Part shown: positions 1-14,200 of the stretch, one piece after another
Numbering within the stretch: the stretch's first letter is position 1
Layout of the letters: every line of letters starts with the position of its first letter
The notes under the pieces: model-generated
The model's input: the letters and a program-made list of their open reading frames with translations, nothing else
Database searches by the model: none
What the model was told of the DNA's origin: nothing
Position numbers and translations under genes: made by a program
Source of the DNA: a virus
Virus record (IMG/VR): IMGVR_UViG_3300020463_002275
Coordinates: 64,001 to 128,000 of that record
Length of the DNA: 64,000 nucleotides
Reading direction: 5' to 3' (one strand)

Positions 1-2
1 TT

Positions 3-1607
3 GTAAGTAAATCCTATCACATCAAATAACTCTGGATAGTCTGCTTGAAGTATTTCTTGTCCGTAACATAATAACCAAAAACTAGGAGCAGTAGTTCCTG
101 CATAAGGCATCATAACTCCAGGTGGATTAACTGGTACTGTTGATAGTAGATCTCTTCTACTAATTCTGTACAATCCAACTTGACCTTGGACTCTGTTTAA
201 TAAAAATTCATCACTAGCATCTGCGCCATTAGTATAAGTTTTGTTACTAATAAAACTATTTGCAATAGTTGTTTGGAATGTTTTAGTAGTGCCTCCAGTT
301 TGACCATCGAAAATTATAGTAGGCGCACTTACTTCTCCTGCCATTGTAAAGTTTGTAGCACTTGATATTTTATCTGCACTACCTGCTCTACCACTAATTT
401 GACCTGTAACATTACCTGTTACATTGCCATAAAAGTTGGTTGCATATATTCCTTGATATTTGTTTGCTAAAGATCCAATAGTTCTTGAATTAGTAACATC
501 CGGAATAACGTTTCTTGTTTCTGTATCCCCTAAAACATTTATTGTACCACCGATGTTTACATCTCCTGCAACACCTGCGCCACCTTTGACTACTAAACTT
601 CCTGTGCCAAAGTTTGTACTTGCTGTAGTTCCGTCAATAGTAATACCTTGGCTTACTTTTATATTTCCTGTTACGTCTAATGCTTCACTTGGGGCTGTAT
701 TATTAATACCAATATTTGTTGTAGAATCAACACGCATTACTGTTTTTGTTGTTCCTTGATCATTAACACGAATGTCTAAACTTGATCCACTTGTGTTATG
801 ACTTATAACACCTGCTTGTCCTTCAACACCTAATGTAAGTTGATTACCGCTACCTAAAATAATACCGTCATCTGTGTTTACTTTTAATTGACTTGTTGTT
901 GTACTTACAACATCGCCACGTAAGAAATTTGCCGCTGGCACTTTTGCTCCTGCAACAACTAAATTTTCTGCTTGTTCTGCTGGACCGTAAAATCTTGGAG
1001 CGCCGTCTCCTGTAATATCTGCTGTGCTTAAATTAACGCCTGGGTTAATTTGGCTAAAGCCATTAATTTGTGCTCTTGGAGTAAATGTATCTGAACTTAT
1101 AATAGCAACTGGTTTTGCACTTATTTCAACTTGTAATGCTGAATATTCAATATTGTCTTGACCAATAATTTTTACAGGACTAACACCTGTATTAAGTCCG
1201 CCAGCATAATCAGGACCAATTAATGTCCAACCTGAACCTGTGTACAAATATAATTGTTGATTGTCTGTGTCAACCCATAAGTCTCCAGTAATAGATTGTG
1301 ACGCACCTGGTTCGTTAATTGCTTTTTTCAAACCTCCACTTGCTACCCAAGTTGTGCCATCATAAACTTTTAACTGTTCTCCGCCAGCAGTTGTATCATA
1401 CCATAATTGTCCTTCAACTGGATTAGTTGGCGCACTTGTGTTTGCAAAATTTTCTAAGAGTTTTAAAAAGTTTTGATTAAATTCAACACCATAACTTGTT
1501 GTATTACGTCCAACTAGACTTAAACTAGTTGATACGTTGATATCATTATCTTCAACTGTGATGCTACCTTTGTTTGTTACGTCAGTGAAATTAATTGTAT
1601 AAGGCAT
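3..1607 (-). CDS. Tail fibre protein with phage tail-collar domain (gp12-like); partial, runs off the left end
   Basis: Not in ORF track; hand translation from ATG at 1607 (MPYTINFTDVTNKGSITVEDN...) stays open to position 3 and ends in GVMMPYAGTTAPSFWLLCYGQEILQADYPELFDVIGFTY, a tail-collar motif; also has PxEGQLWYD and GDLWVD fibre motifs. Confidence 0.85.
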   Translation of the reverse strand, partial: MPYTINFTDVTNKGSITVEDNDINVSTSLSLVGRNTTSYGVEFNQNFLKLLENFANTSAPTNPVEGQLWYDTTAGGEQLKVYDGTTWVASGGLKKAINEPGASQSITGDLWVDTDNQQLYLYTGSGWTLIGPDYAGGLNTGVSPVKIIGQDNIEYSALQVEISAKPVAIISSDTFTPRAQINGFSQINPGVNLSTADITGDGAPRFYGPAEQAENLVVAGAKVPAANFLRGDVVSTTTSQLKVNTDDGIILGSGNQLTLGVEGQAGVISHNTSGSSLDIRVNDQGTTKTVMRVDSTTNIGINNTAPSEALDVTGNIKVSQGITIDGTTASTNFGTGSLVVKGGAGVAGDVNIGGTINVLGDTETRNVIPDVTNSRTIGSLANKYQGIYATNFYGNVTGNVTGQISGRAGSADKISSATNFTMAGEVSAPTIIFDGQTGGTTKTFQTTIANSFISNKTYTNGADASDEFLLNRVQGQVGLYRISRRDLLSTVPVNPPGVMMPYAGTTAPSFWLLCYGQEILQADYPELFDVIGFTY

Positions 1608-1610
1608 CTA

Positions 1611-2216
1611 TTAAACTCCTGACAAACTTTGTACACGTACTGTATAATCAATTTGAACCAATCTGTTTAAACTTTTTTGAACAGGGTGGAAAATTACATG
1701 AGTTATTAATCTACCTGAACCTGATGGATTATAACTTTTAAGTCCTAATTCATCAAACACATAAAGGTTTTCTGTATCTGTAGCAGTATCAAATGCATCT
1801 TGACCTTCAGGTTCACCGTAGTCTAATAAACAAGTTACAACAATATCAGTATAGTTTGTTCCGCTTACATGACGTGTTTCAGTTTTGTTTCTTACAGGAT
1901 CTGTATTACTTGTGCTTCTATCATCTACTACTTTTGTAAATGTTTGATTATACAAACTTGCATTTGTTCCTGTAGAGTTAGGTGTAAGGTAAGTAATTAC
2001 TCCTGTTGGATCAACACTTGTTCCTCCATTACCAAAACTCATTTCATATATCATGCCTTGACCTTGATTTGCAAGGCTTTCTGCAAGAGCAATACTCATA
2101 TTTTCATAGTGGATAGCATTACGCTTATCAACATACACTTCACCAGTATTAGGATCATGTATTTTGATGTGTCCTTTAACTACTACTCCGCTTTTATCAT
2201 TTAATTTGTCTGTCAT
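1611..2216 (-). CDS. Putative baseplate/fibre-attachment virion protein
   Basis: ORF track 1611..2228; second Met (MTDKL, 2216) preferred because GAGAGA lies just upstream; sits between the giant wedge gene and the collar fibre. Confidence 0.6.
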   Translation of the reverse strand: MTDKLNDKSGVVVKGHIKIHDPNTGEVYVDKRNAIHYENMSIALAESLANQGQGMIYEMSFGNGGTSVDPTGVITYLTPNSTGTNASLYNQTFTKVVDDRSTSNTDPVRNKTETRHVSGTNYTDIVVTCLLDYGEPEGQDAFDTATDTENLYVFDELGLKSYNPSGSGRLITHVIFHPVQKSLNRLVQIDYTVRVQSLSGV

Positions 2217-2236
2217 GTTTTCTCTCACTGCTACTG

Positions 2237-2244
2237 TATTTATT
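2237..2244 (-). promoter_or_regulatory. T4-type late promoter-like box (AATAAATA)
   Basis: Matches the TATAAATA gp55 consensus at 7/8, followed by CAGT as at other boxes in this window. Confidence 0.5.
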
Positions 2245-5200
2245 TAGGTAATTCCGTTGTTCTTGCCTTAAGAAACTGTGCAACGTCATTTTCTGCATCA
2301 ACCAGGCTTTCTCCTGCGTTTGACCATGTTTGACCCACTCGTCGAATCACCGTAACCTTCTGATCTTGCTCTGGTGTAACTGCTAAATTCAATGTACTAC
2401 CACTTAAAGTGAATTCCACTGGCAATGTTACGTCACCCTCGGCACTATCTTGTGCAATAAATCTAGTTACAAAGTTTCCTGCACTATTTTTAGTGTCTAC
2501 TTGATAACTACTTATCGCATTTTTACGAAGTCTGTTTCCAGCAACAAATACTTCAAACTCATCAACACCTTTTGTAGGAGTAAAGTCTAATTCATATGAT
2601 GCTGTAGTACCATCTGCTGTAAACACCTGTGTAAGTGTCTGATCTGCATAAGGCATATTTTCGCCTGGACTTTGATCAATTACAGACGTTCCTGAAGCAA
2701 TAAATGTGTTTACACCTGTACCTAATGTACCTCTTCTAATTTGACGTAAACTATTGCCTTGCTTCACGTAGTACTCAATTCTTTCACCGTTTATAAACAC
2801 AACACCCGGAATTTGTTTCTTTTTACCTGGTTCAGGTAATTTTGAAGCATCTACTAGTTCTATTCTAGTATCCCACCAATTAAGGTCTTGTGCTAGTTTG
2901 TACTTATTACTATCATCGAGTCTCTTGTAGTGAACCCGGTTCAGTATATCTTTAAACTGTCTAAATCCAAATCTATGTACAAGTTGCTCTTCGCCAAACT
3001 GTATTATTTCAATTTGATCATTAGCACTTAGTTTTTTAAGAATTTTTACATGCTGTTTATCTTCAGGTACATAATAATCAACATTTGGTGCTAATCTAAG
3101 ACCATTTACAATTACCCAAACATACTCTGAATCTTGTGATGGTCTTCTAAGTTTTACCAGTCCATTACTTAAATTAATATATTCTTTGAAGTTTATAGTA
3201 CCAGGAACAAGCGTAACTCTACTTACAAGATCATATTTTATACGCTCAATATCTTGTAAGTCGTGATTACTAAATGATGTAATTCTGATTGAATCTCCTA
3301 AACCTGGGGCTGTGTCGAAGTAAATTTTACTTCTATCTTGTAAAAACTTAGTTGAACTATCTGCACCTACACCTACATAACCAAATGCATATGTTCCGTC
3401 AACACTAAAAAATACATCTAGTTTATCATTTACTGCACCTATTCCTGCTGAAAGTTTTACACTATTATTTGTGCTATCCCATCTATATTGAACATTTTTT
3501 GTAAGCAGTTCATTATTTAAATATACTTCTATATCTTCACCTCTGATGCTGTTAGCAAAAAATTGCCATTCTTGGATTTGGTATTCTCTAGTTGCTGAAT
3601 TAGTAATTGTAAATTCAGTGTTGTAACCTGCATCTAGTATATTGTTATTAACTTCAACAATAGCGTTTTGTGCAGTTGGCAATCCACCTACAAGTGCAGG
3701 ATTAACATCAAATATTGTAGTTGATCCATCTCCTACCAGAGTTTGAACATTTGTTGCACTAAAGGACTTAGCAGTTGTATAAAATAATCCATAATCTACA
3801 ACTTGTCCTGACTGCGGTGCTGTATCAAATGTAATTACAAAGTTTTTATTTGTATCTTGCGATAAACTTGAACTAATAGATTCACCATTAATAGTTACAT
3901 AATGACTTACATCTGTTTGATATTTTATGTTTGTTGTGTACGTATTTGTACTTCCGTCTGCTACAAATTTATTAATATCTAAAATTTTCTGTCCGCTTAC
4001 TCCTAAGCAAACAATACTTAAAATTTTTCCTGTTGCTGGTGCAGTTGTAAAAGTAATTGTGTCGTTTACATAATTTATTGTATAATCTGTGTTAGCAACT
4101 CTAACATTATCTAATGTTACAAAAACGGCTTCATTATTATGCGGATGTATTCCGATAGCATAAGTTTGTGTAATACCATCAGTTTGGAAAAATTGTGTTT
4201 GTACATTGCTTGTTCCATCATCTGGTCTATGATACACTTGGATATCTACTGTGTCTGAAATTTTACCTGGAACCAATTCTTCTGGACCAGTTGTTGTCAT
4301 TGGTGTAATGAATCCATCACCATCTACAATAATATCACTTGCATCTATACCTTTTGCATTACTATAACTTAATGCTCCACCTGTAAGTTGTGTATCGAAA
4401 CTTGCAGGATCAGGTTTAAAACTTCCGTCACTTGTTGTTTTTCTTATTATAAAAATGTCATCGTCTTTTGATGCTATGCCAAGTCCGTCTATATCAATTT
4501 CTTGTATTACTCCGTCTCCTGTAATACTAGTCATTACAGCATTAGGATTAGTAGGATTGCTAGGATAATTTATATCATCTAATCTAATATTATTCTTGTA
4601 TACATTGTATACAACACCATTTTCTAATGGCTTATCTAAAGAAAGTATGTTTGTAGATCCATCTAAATAAAAAATTATATCTTCAAATGTATTATCATAA
4701 ACATCATATGCTTCTATTCCAAACCCTTTTGTTTCAAATCCTCCTGATCCTGCAAAATCAAAACTTTTAACTTCTACTCCACCAAAGTCTACACCCATCA
4801 TAAGTTGACCAATATCTTTACCAATCATACCATCTATTGGTTGATAGTAACTTTGTACTCTATCTTGTGCAGTAAGTAAGTCTGGTGCTAATTCATAATC
4901 TATTTTTATTGCTTTTCCTGTTACCGGAGGTAAAGTAAATGCAATTCTACCTCGTTTTCTAGTATAACCTTTTGAAATATCCTCGTAATTACTATATGTG
5001 TATTCACTTTTTAATAATTCTACTCCATTAATGTATATTTTAAGTTTTGCGCCATTTAAATTCATCGGCCATAGCAAATTGTATATTGATGTTACACTAT
5101 CTCCAGTAAATGTTTCAGATCTAGCAACTTCTAAGTAATAAGGTTTGCCGCTAATTCTATCAAACCTAGAGATAACGTGTGTGCCTCTTACTTTACCATT

Positions 5201-8200
5201 GCCTAGTACTGCTCTAGCAGTTGCAGGTGTTCCAGCAACAGCAGAATCTTCTGTTCCACTATCTTCTATACTACCTTTTAAAATTACATCTGGTGCTTTT
5301 AAATATCCATCGCCTGGCGAAGTTACTTCAATTTTAGAAACTTTGCCATCATTTAGATAGGCTTGTGCTGTTGCTCCGCTACCGCCACCACCTTCGATAC
5401 TAACTATAGGAGGTAAAGTATAATTCGAACCTGGGTTACCAACACTTATTTCAGAAATTTCATACCCGCTATTTTCTAGCCAATGTTTATCTGGATATTG
5501 TTCTGTAGTCTCAGGTGCACTTGAAATTAAGTTGTTTCTTACTTTTGCTGTACTGCTTGTAATTCTTTTTTGATTAAAATTATATCTAGGAGGTAAATCA
5601 AAATCTGTTACAACACTATTTGTAGGATCTGTCTTTTCATAATTAGATACGTATTCTCTAATTTTTGTTTTGAAAGGTTTGACTTCATTTATATAATCTT
5701 GATAGTTGTCAATATTATCATTTTTAAAAGTAATTTTTTGTGCTAGTTCTCCAACATTGTGTTGTGCTTTAATAAATGATGTTTTAAATGCCCAATCAAT
5801 ATTAGGTTGTTCGCTGAAAGCATAACGTAAACTTGAAATAAACAGTTCATTATAATGATGTTCTAAATCATCTATAAAAATATCATCTCTTAATGTTTCT
5901 AAAACTACTCTAGATTCTGTGACCGGTTGGCTATCATAAAACGTTGTATCAAATGTATCAGTATCAAATCCTGTTCTGTTAACACTTGTGTTATATAGTT
6001 TGTTACTGAATTGAATTGTAGCATTTTGTTTACCTATTACTTTATAATTTTGTGTATAATCTTCAGTTTGTAAATTAGCAATTTTTTCTAGTAACAACCA
6101 GCCGCCGGATCCTATTGTAGAAATCTTAACAGTTTGTCCTACATCATTTTCTAATGCAGATAATTGGTAACTAAAATCAATTAAACTATTAATTTCTGTA
6201 AATGCACTGTATCCTGGCGCATACCAATCTGCATAGTTCCAGTATAAATTTGTATCAAAACGCTGACTAACTGTTCTATTCCATTTTGTTCCGTTGTAAT
6301 TATATAAAGACCATTTGTTTGCAACATTTGAATCACTAGCAACCAACACACTAAAGTTTCTTACTATTAATTTAGTATTGCTATCATAACCAATACCCGG
6401 ATCAATAATGTTAACTTTTGTAATTTGTCCTAATTCGTTAATTTCAGATTCAAGTACCGCATCTCTACCTATACCGTCTATTGTTATTTCTGGACCTATT
6501 CTAGTTCCGCCAACTGTAGAAACATATGTTGGATCTACATAGCCTCTACCCGAGTTAGTAATATCAATACTTGTAATTTTTCCGTCAACTACTGTTGGAG
6601 ATAATACTGCTACTTCTCTTTTTGCTATACCAACAAATGCTAAATCTTCATATGAATCTATTTTTATATCGTATCTACGTGAACTTGCTAAAGGCGCTGG
6701 ATCACTTTTTGTCAAATTACTAATATCAAATTCATCTACAATAATATTTTTTATTAATACATCATTTGCTCTTTCAATAACTTGTTTATATGCTTCAGAC
6801 TTATTAATAAACATAGACTGTCTTGGATTATTGCTTATACCATATTTTGCTTTTGCACTTAGTTTAGGATCTGGTACTAGTCTAAACTGACTGTCGTAAC
6901 CAATTAAACTGTCAAACCATTTACGCTCAATATCTCTAGTTGGTTTACTAGTGCCAATGCCTTGTGTCAACATTTGATATTCATTATGAATATTTTGGTC
7001 AACGTTATCAAGTGTGTAGTAACGTAAATTAAATGCAACATTATTACCGCTTAATAATGGCTCACAGTTAAACAATACAAATCTATCTTTTGCCATTAGT
7101 CCAACAAATCTATGTCCTTGTCCTACTGGATCTTCTATTAAACGTTTTACATCATATGCTGTTATTTTTCTATTAGCAGTTGTAGGTACAACACGCTTGT
7201 TTGCTACCCAATAATAATACTTTGCTTTGCTTGTTTTTGCTATTGGATCCCATTTTAGTCTTTGTGAGTAAACAGTATCGCCATATCTACTTACACCACT
7301 TACGCCTGAAGCAATCCCGCTTTCGCTATCTGCCAAATTATCCCATTCACTAGGTAGTAGATCTGTTTCTACCCATTCATATACTTCAACACTTGTGCCT
7401 GGAAAAACTTCTCCCCAGTAATTTGTTTGATAAGTTACATTATTTTGTTGATAATTATAAAATTTTACTGCGTTTAAGTCCCACCATAGTTTACCTACAT
7501 GTTCTGTACCCCATGCATTATCTTCATCTATTACAACAGTATCATCACCTTTACTATATGCCGCAGGATCATAATATGTTTTATATGATAATTCTTGTTC
7601 TGCTGGTCCTGCAACTTTTCCTTGTACAGGATCTATATAATCTAAATCTTCAATTAGTGTATTTGTTTGCGTATTATATAAGAATGCACCTTTTATTTTA
7701 TTGATGTCAACTTGATCTAATGGACTTCTATGTGTATTCCATGCTCTTTGTCCTATTGTTTTTCTAAAATCAATTATCATTCCTTGATGTGTGGTATAAT
7801 CTGTAACTTCTGGCATTGCAGTGTAAACATGATTATTTTTCATTAATATGTTCTTGCCAAAATTTACTGCTAATGGTTCGTCAATAACAAATTCTTGTGC
7901 AAATATTAAAGACTTATTAATACGTTCATACATGAAGATAGCACCACTATCCATATCCATTCTTTTGAATTTAGTAAATTCATCATCAAATACTGTAGTG
8001 TTGTTATCAAAAGTTGTTGGAATTTCTATATCACCGTTTAGTGATGTTACTGATAACTGGTTTCCATCAAAATTTAAATATGCACCAAACTGTTCTGCTT
8101 GTTCTCCGTTCGGGCTAAAAATTTCTTGTGATAGTTCAAACTTTCCGTTTATAAGATTATATATGTAAACTTTTCCTTGATCTTTTTTACGATCATCATT

Positions 8201-11200
8201 ATATGGTTCTCCTACAGCAATCATTTCTCCGTCAGCACTTACACTTATGCTGTCACCAAATCCGGTATAAGCACTTGTAGAATTCCAATCAAAGTCTGCG
8301 CCTTGAGGCAACATAGAACTATTATCTTCATATGGTGGTTGGATAATTTGAGATACAGTCATTTGTCCTTCAGGCAATCTTCTATATACAACAATTACAC
8401 GCTCACCTGTACTGTCATTACCTTGTATTCTAGAACTTACAACTAAAACCTCTCCATCTTTAGATTGATCAAACTGTCTTGCAAAATTTATTACACCAAA
8501 TTCTGGATCAAAAACTTCTTCGCCAATGATTGCATTAGTTCCATTTGTAGGCACAAAGCCAACATGTGCAGTACCATCAGTAACTGATTCCCAATCTGCT
8601 GGAATAAATGCACTTCCACTAGCAATATTTCTTAATGCTTTGTAAAGTTTATCTTGATATTCTACAATTTCATTTTGCTTATAAAATACTGATGAACTAA
8701 AATTACCTCTGAACTCAGGATCAATATCTAATTGCCAGTTATATGTTTCAAGAACACCATTTTTTGTTTCAGTTCCATTTTTGATAAAATGTATACTTCC
8801 TGCATTATTTTGAGCACCTGCACCTCTAGATGCTACACTCAATCTATATAAATTTCCTTCTTGTGTAAATTGTACTTCGTCGCCAAGTTTTACATGTGAT
8901 TTTCTTTCAGGCACTGTGTAATGATTTTGAACTTTAAATTGTATCTGTTCATTTAGTTCGTAAACACTAAACATACCCTCTGCAGTCAATCCACTTGTTT
9001 GAGTACCATTTAAATTTGAAACTGGTATGCTAGTTACTTGATCCCAATCTCTATTATTTGATGCTGGAATATTGGCTTCTCTTGGTACGCCTTGTAGAGT
9101 TGTTTCATCGAAGAAAAAGTATTCAATATCTGTTAATTCACTAACTGACGCATCTGGAAAATTAGTATCTTCTTCTAAAACAATAATTTTACCTATACGT
9201 GTGCCTTCTAAACTAACACCGTCTATTCTACCCATATTACGTTTCACAGATCCACGCACACGGAATATGTCTGCGTCTTCGTTATGGTTGTTACCTTTAC
9301 TCCAAGTACCTGTAATATTCTTAACATAAATTCTTACACTGTTAAACTGCCTTTTGTAAAAAGTTATTAATGCAGTTGCACCTGTTACGGTATCTTCAAC
9401 AGTATCGCCAACAATAGGTTCAAAAGGTAATTGATTTGCTTGGTCAAATTCGTCAAAAGTAAAATCTATGTAGCCATCCCACAAATCATAGACTGTGTGT
9501 TCTTTGTTAAACAACGTAGTACTCATTGCTGTATCTGTAAAATTAGTATTACCACTAACATTATCTACAACCATTTTAAATTTACTACCAATACTTAATG
9601 TATCAGTAAAAATTTTTCCACCTCTTACTGTCCATAAAGGACTAGATTGTAATGCAAATACTTCTAAAGGATCACCTTCGTAAGTTAGTGTTTGTGCAAA
9701 AGATGCTTGATCCATTAGACTTAAAGTTGCTCCTGAATTGTTAGCATCATCAATTGCTTGTTGTTTTGTTGCAGTGATATTGTAATAAAAATTAGGTGTA
9801 GTTCTTCCACTTGCCGCTGTAAGCAAGTCTACATAAACTAAGCCATGTCCTGGATCTACAAAAGTATTTGTGCTATCTGCTGAAGTAGTATATGCTGGTG
9901 TATCTATCCACCAATAACCACCTAATTGATTAAGAACGTTTACGTAATCTTCTGTGTAATCTCCAATACGAATTGTTCCGACAAACAAACTTCCTGAGGT
10001 AGCAAAAGTTCCATTTACATTAGATAGATATACTGTACATGTTGTCAAATCGTTTGCGACATAAACTATTTCACCACTTGCAACACTGCTTGAAATAATA
10101 TCACCTATTGCTGGTAGATTAACAAAATTTTCTATAACAAGAACATTATCAACTTTGTATTTTATTTCGTGTTTGTCACTTAAAAATGCACCTGTGATTG
10201 CAGGGAATTCTCCATCAAAAGGTTGAACATCTACAGAATCACCTTGTAAATTTAATTTACTATAGTTATTCCATGCTAATACAATCTCATCACCTACTGC
10301 ACTTCCTTCATATGCATTAATTGGTGCTCTTATCAACATGTGACTTACACCAAAACTATTATTAATTTTATAATCAGCAGTTTGTAATAAATTAATTAAT
10401 GTACTATCACTTTCAGAAACAATATCTATATAAGAATCAAAACTACTAAAAGATATTGCTCCTGTAGCAGGATCTATATTTTGTATTGCTTTATATAAAT
10501 TAGGACCGTATTTTACAATTTGTTGTTTTGTATAAGCAACTCCTTGTTTGTATTCTCCTTGATAAAAACTGTATGTGTTTGATGCTTGTGGAGAACCTAC
10601 TGCAAGAAATTTGCCGTCTGGACTTAGAGCGACACTTTCACCAAATTGCATTGATGTAGAAAATGTGCTACCATCATAAGCATCAGCAACATTAACAGGT
10701 GCTGAAATAATTTGATCTAAAACGTAATTTGTACTGTCATTTGGTCTTACGTAAATGTGTACTTCGCCGTTACCTTTGAAAGGAATACCAACTGCCATTT
10801 TTGTGTTTGCATCATTTACACTAATAGCATGTCCAAAACCATGTTGAGTGCTATCTAAACTAAGTGAACTTAAAACTTTTTGATGTTCTGAGTATACTGG
10901 TTTATTTTTCAGTACAGTCCATTTACCATTATCGTCATCATCGATCCAAACTAATTCATTGCTAGATAAATTTGCAGTGATATTTGTATTTGCATCATCA
11001 ACTGTTTTTGTTCTTTGGCTTGTAAATATAGTTATTGTGCCTTTGATAGTGACTGTATCATCTATCTCTAGCCAGTCTGATTTATCGCTTTCAAACGTGA
11101 CTTTATTACCTTCAACTTTAGTTGCTTTGTAAAATCCGTCTAAAGTAGTCAATGCAGTTGTGTTAGCATTAGTAATTCCAAATATATCTCCTACTGCAAT

Positions 11201-14200
11201 GTCTCTTGCAGTAAAATTCATATCTAATGTTATTTCACTACCAACTGGTGTTGCTTTTTCTATTCTTAAATTTGTTTCAGTGTGTTGTAGTACGTTCCAA
11301 GTTTGGTTATCTGTTGCTACCCATATATAATCATTTTTATTAATATCGTCAATACTAAATCCTAGTATTCCGTCCTTTGTTAAAACTGCACGACTAACAT
11401 CTTCACCAGTTACATATCCTACTGTTCTTACATATTCTTCGTTGGTGTATTTTGTAGGTATTTTATTAATATCATAATTTTCAGGTTTTAAAAATACATC
11501 ATAGTTAGGTATTCTATAAATTAAGTCTGTAGGAGCACTAGGTAATGTCTCAACTAGTTCTATTGGTTGTGGACTTAGTTTAAATTTTGATTCATCTAGT
11601 TGCCATTCTATTTCCTCAAAATTTGTAGTACTTCCGTATTGATTATTTTTTACTGCCCATTCTTCATAAAAGTCAACTGATTCTTTATCAGCACTTGCTA
11701 GTGCATCAAACAGTTTGTCAACACTATTACGTGATCCTTTATCTGCAATAAATCCTTGATAAAATTTATATTGCGATACATCATCATTAATAATATTTTC
11801 TAAATATTGTCGCTTTTGATAGCCAACTAAATGCTGTGCAAGCCTTTGTTGCTCGTTATCAAAATTATCACTATCTAAATCATAAAAATCAGTAAACTGA
11901 TTTATTCTATAATCAAAGTTTGTATAAAGTTTTGTTTCTGGACGTCCGTCTATTCTATTCCATTCGGCAGGAATAAATTTAGGACTACCTGCAATTTTAT
12001 TTTTTGCTGTGTAAAAAAATTCTTTGTAACGCACAGTATCACCAATTGCATAATCTCGATACGCTTGCCATTCTTGTACTTCTGCTTGGTCAAACACAAA
12101 TCCCGGAATATTAAGTGTTCCGTCCCAATTAGCAGTTCTATATCCCATAACCTTAATACGGTCTTGTCTATATCCTGATGCTGGTGAGTAAATTACATCT
12201 TTAAAGTCTGAAGTATTATCAAGTATTGCAACATGTTCTACTTGTACTAAAGGAAGTTGTATGTAATAGATACCGTCTGCTGTATTTGCTAAATTAACAG
12301 CAAATGTATTTCCTTCTCTAGTAAGTCTAGTAAATGTTTCGTCTAATGCTTCTCCTGAACTTGTTTGTAATGAATAATCATAAAAATTATCATACAAATT
12401 ATCAACAACTGCATACGGTCTTGTAAACTTTATTTGATTAGCACTAGGGCTCAATGCAATAATTGTACCTGGCGCCCAATTTTGTGTAGTCCAATATAAG
12501 TATTCTTTAGCACTATATCTCCAATCTTCTACAGTACTTGTGTCTTTATTATAATAATCAAAAGTAAATCCTGCTGTATCAAGTTGTTTTGCATATCCAA
12601 GTATAAAGTCAATGACTTCTTGTATTTCTGTATATATTGTTCCGTATGGAACTTCAGTCACTGTGTTCTCAAAGTTTTTACGGAATAATGCTGTGGCTCC
12701 TCCTCGAATTGGTAATGCTGGAATCTTTACAAATTTTGCGGAATCGAAACTTTGTGTTGAAGTATGATCTTCAGTTACTCTATAGAAACTATTTACGTAT
12801 CTTACATATTTGTCTTCAGTGTATTTTTGATCTTCTTCCCATTCAACAAACGCATCAGTAACTCCACCTACATTTACTGCAACATCATTAGTACGAGGAA
12901 TTGCTTTTTGTATTTTGAAAACTGGATCTGCTTTATCATATCCTCTAATTACAAATCCGTATGGTTGTTTTTCTACAATTACACCGCTGTAAGAAATAGT
13001 TTCAATCGGTGAACTTGTGTTCAAAAATATTTGGTAATTTTCTTTAGGTAAAAATACATTTCCTTTGTTGTAAGGAGTTCTGCTATCTAAAACCAATTTC
13101 ATTTTAGATTGATCTGTAAAAGCACCTAATTTGATACCTAATTGATATTTTAGATTTTTTACTTGTTCTTTATAATCTTTAGTCGAAATATTGCTGTTAG
13201 ATAATGTATAATTTATTATATAATCAACTAGTCCACTTGTATAAACTCTTTGTGTGTCGCTGTATACATTACTAAAAACTAAATCAGCCAATGATATAGA
13301 ACGCTTGTTTTCATTGTAAACAAATTGACCTGCAATATTTTTACTAATCCTTGATATATCCCAAGCCATAGACATAACTTTTGCAGGTTGATTCAGTAAC
13401 CATGATTTGATAAGACTAAAAGCATAGTCACTACTATTTCTCCATGCATTCTCTGTAGGAGCATGATCACCAAATTTAAAACCTAGTTTTGTATACGATG
13501 CAATATATTCTTTAGCGTATTTTGATTGTAATGGACTTAATAGATTTCCGTCTTCGTCAACAGGAATATGATTAGTAAGTCCCGGTCTTGCATATTGTTC
13601 TAAAAATTTAGGTGCTTTGTTAGGTTCAGCAACTTTACCTTCTTCTAAATCTTCCCAAAGGATTAAATTATCTTTGGTATATGGTGCTGGACCATAAACT
13701 GAGTTCCACCACGTTGGTTTATCTGTAAAGCCTAGCATCTTCCACGGAGTTGTATGCGGAGTATCAGTATCGTATGCATTTCTGTAAACTGAACGCCAAA
13801 AACCTGTAAGTGCTTCGCCATTAGGTCCAGACATATATGAATAATTGTATGTGAAACTATCAGTTAATTCATAAAAGTTATTTGATGTATAATCTAAACC
13901 ACCTAACGATTCGTTCCATTTTACAAAGTCACTTAGTAATACTTTATTAATATTTGTTAAATTAAATTTAGTATTTCTATATGCTCCAGGAAGGAAATCA
14001 TGTATATCTAATTTTTCAGTATTATAATCAATTTTAATATTATTATAAATTCTTCTTTCTAAATCTAATAATAAATTATCTCTATAATCATTAAACGCAA
14101 TAGTTCTACTACCGTCGTGTCCTATAATAATTTTTGTTGGTGTTCTATAACTATCGTCTGTGATAATTTCAGGTACAAACGAAGGATACAAACCTAACTT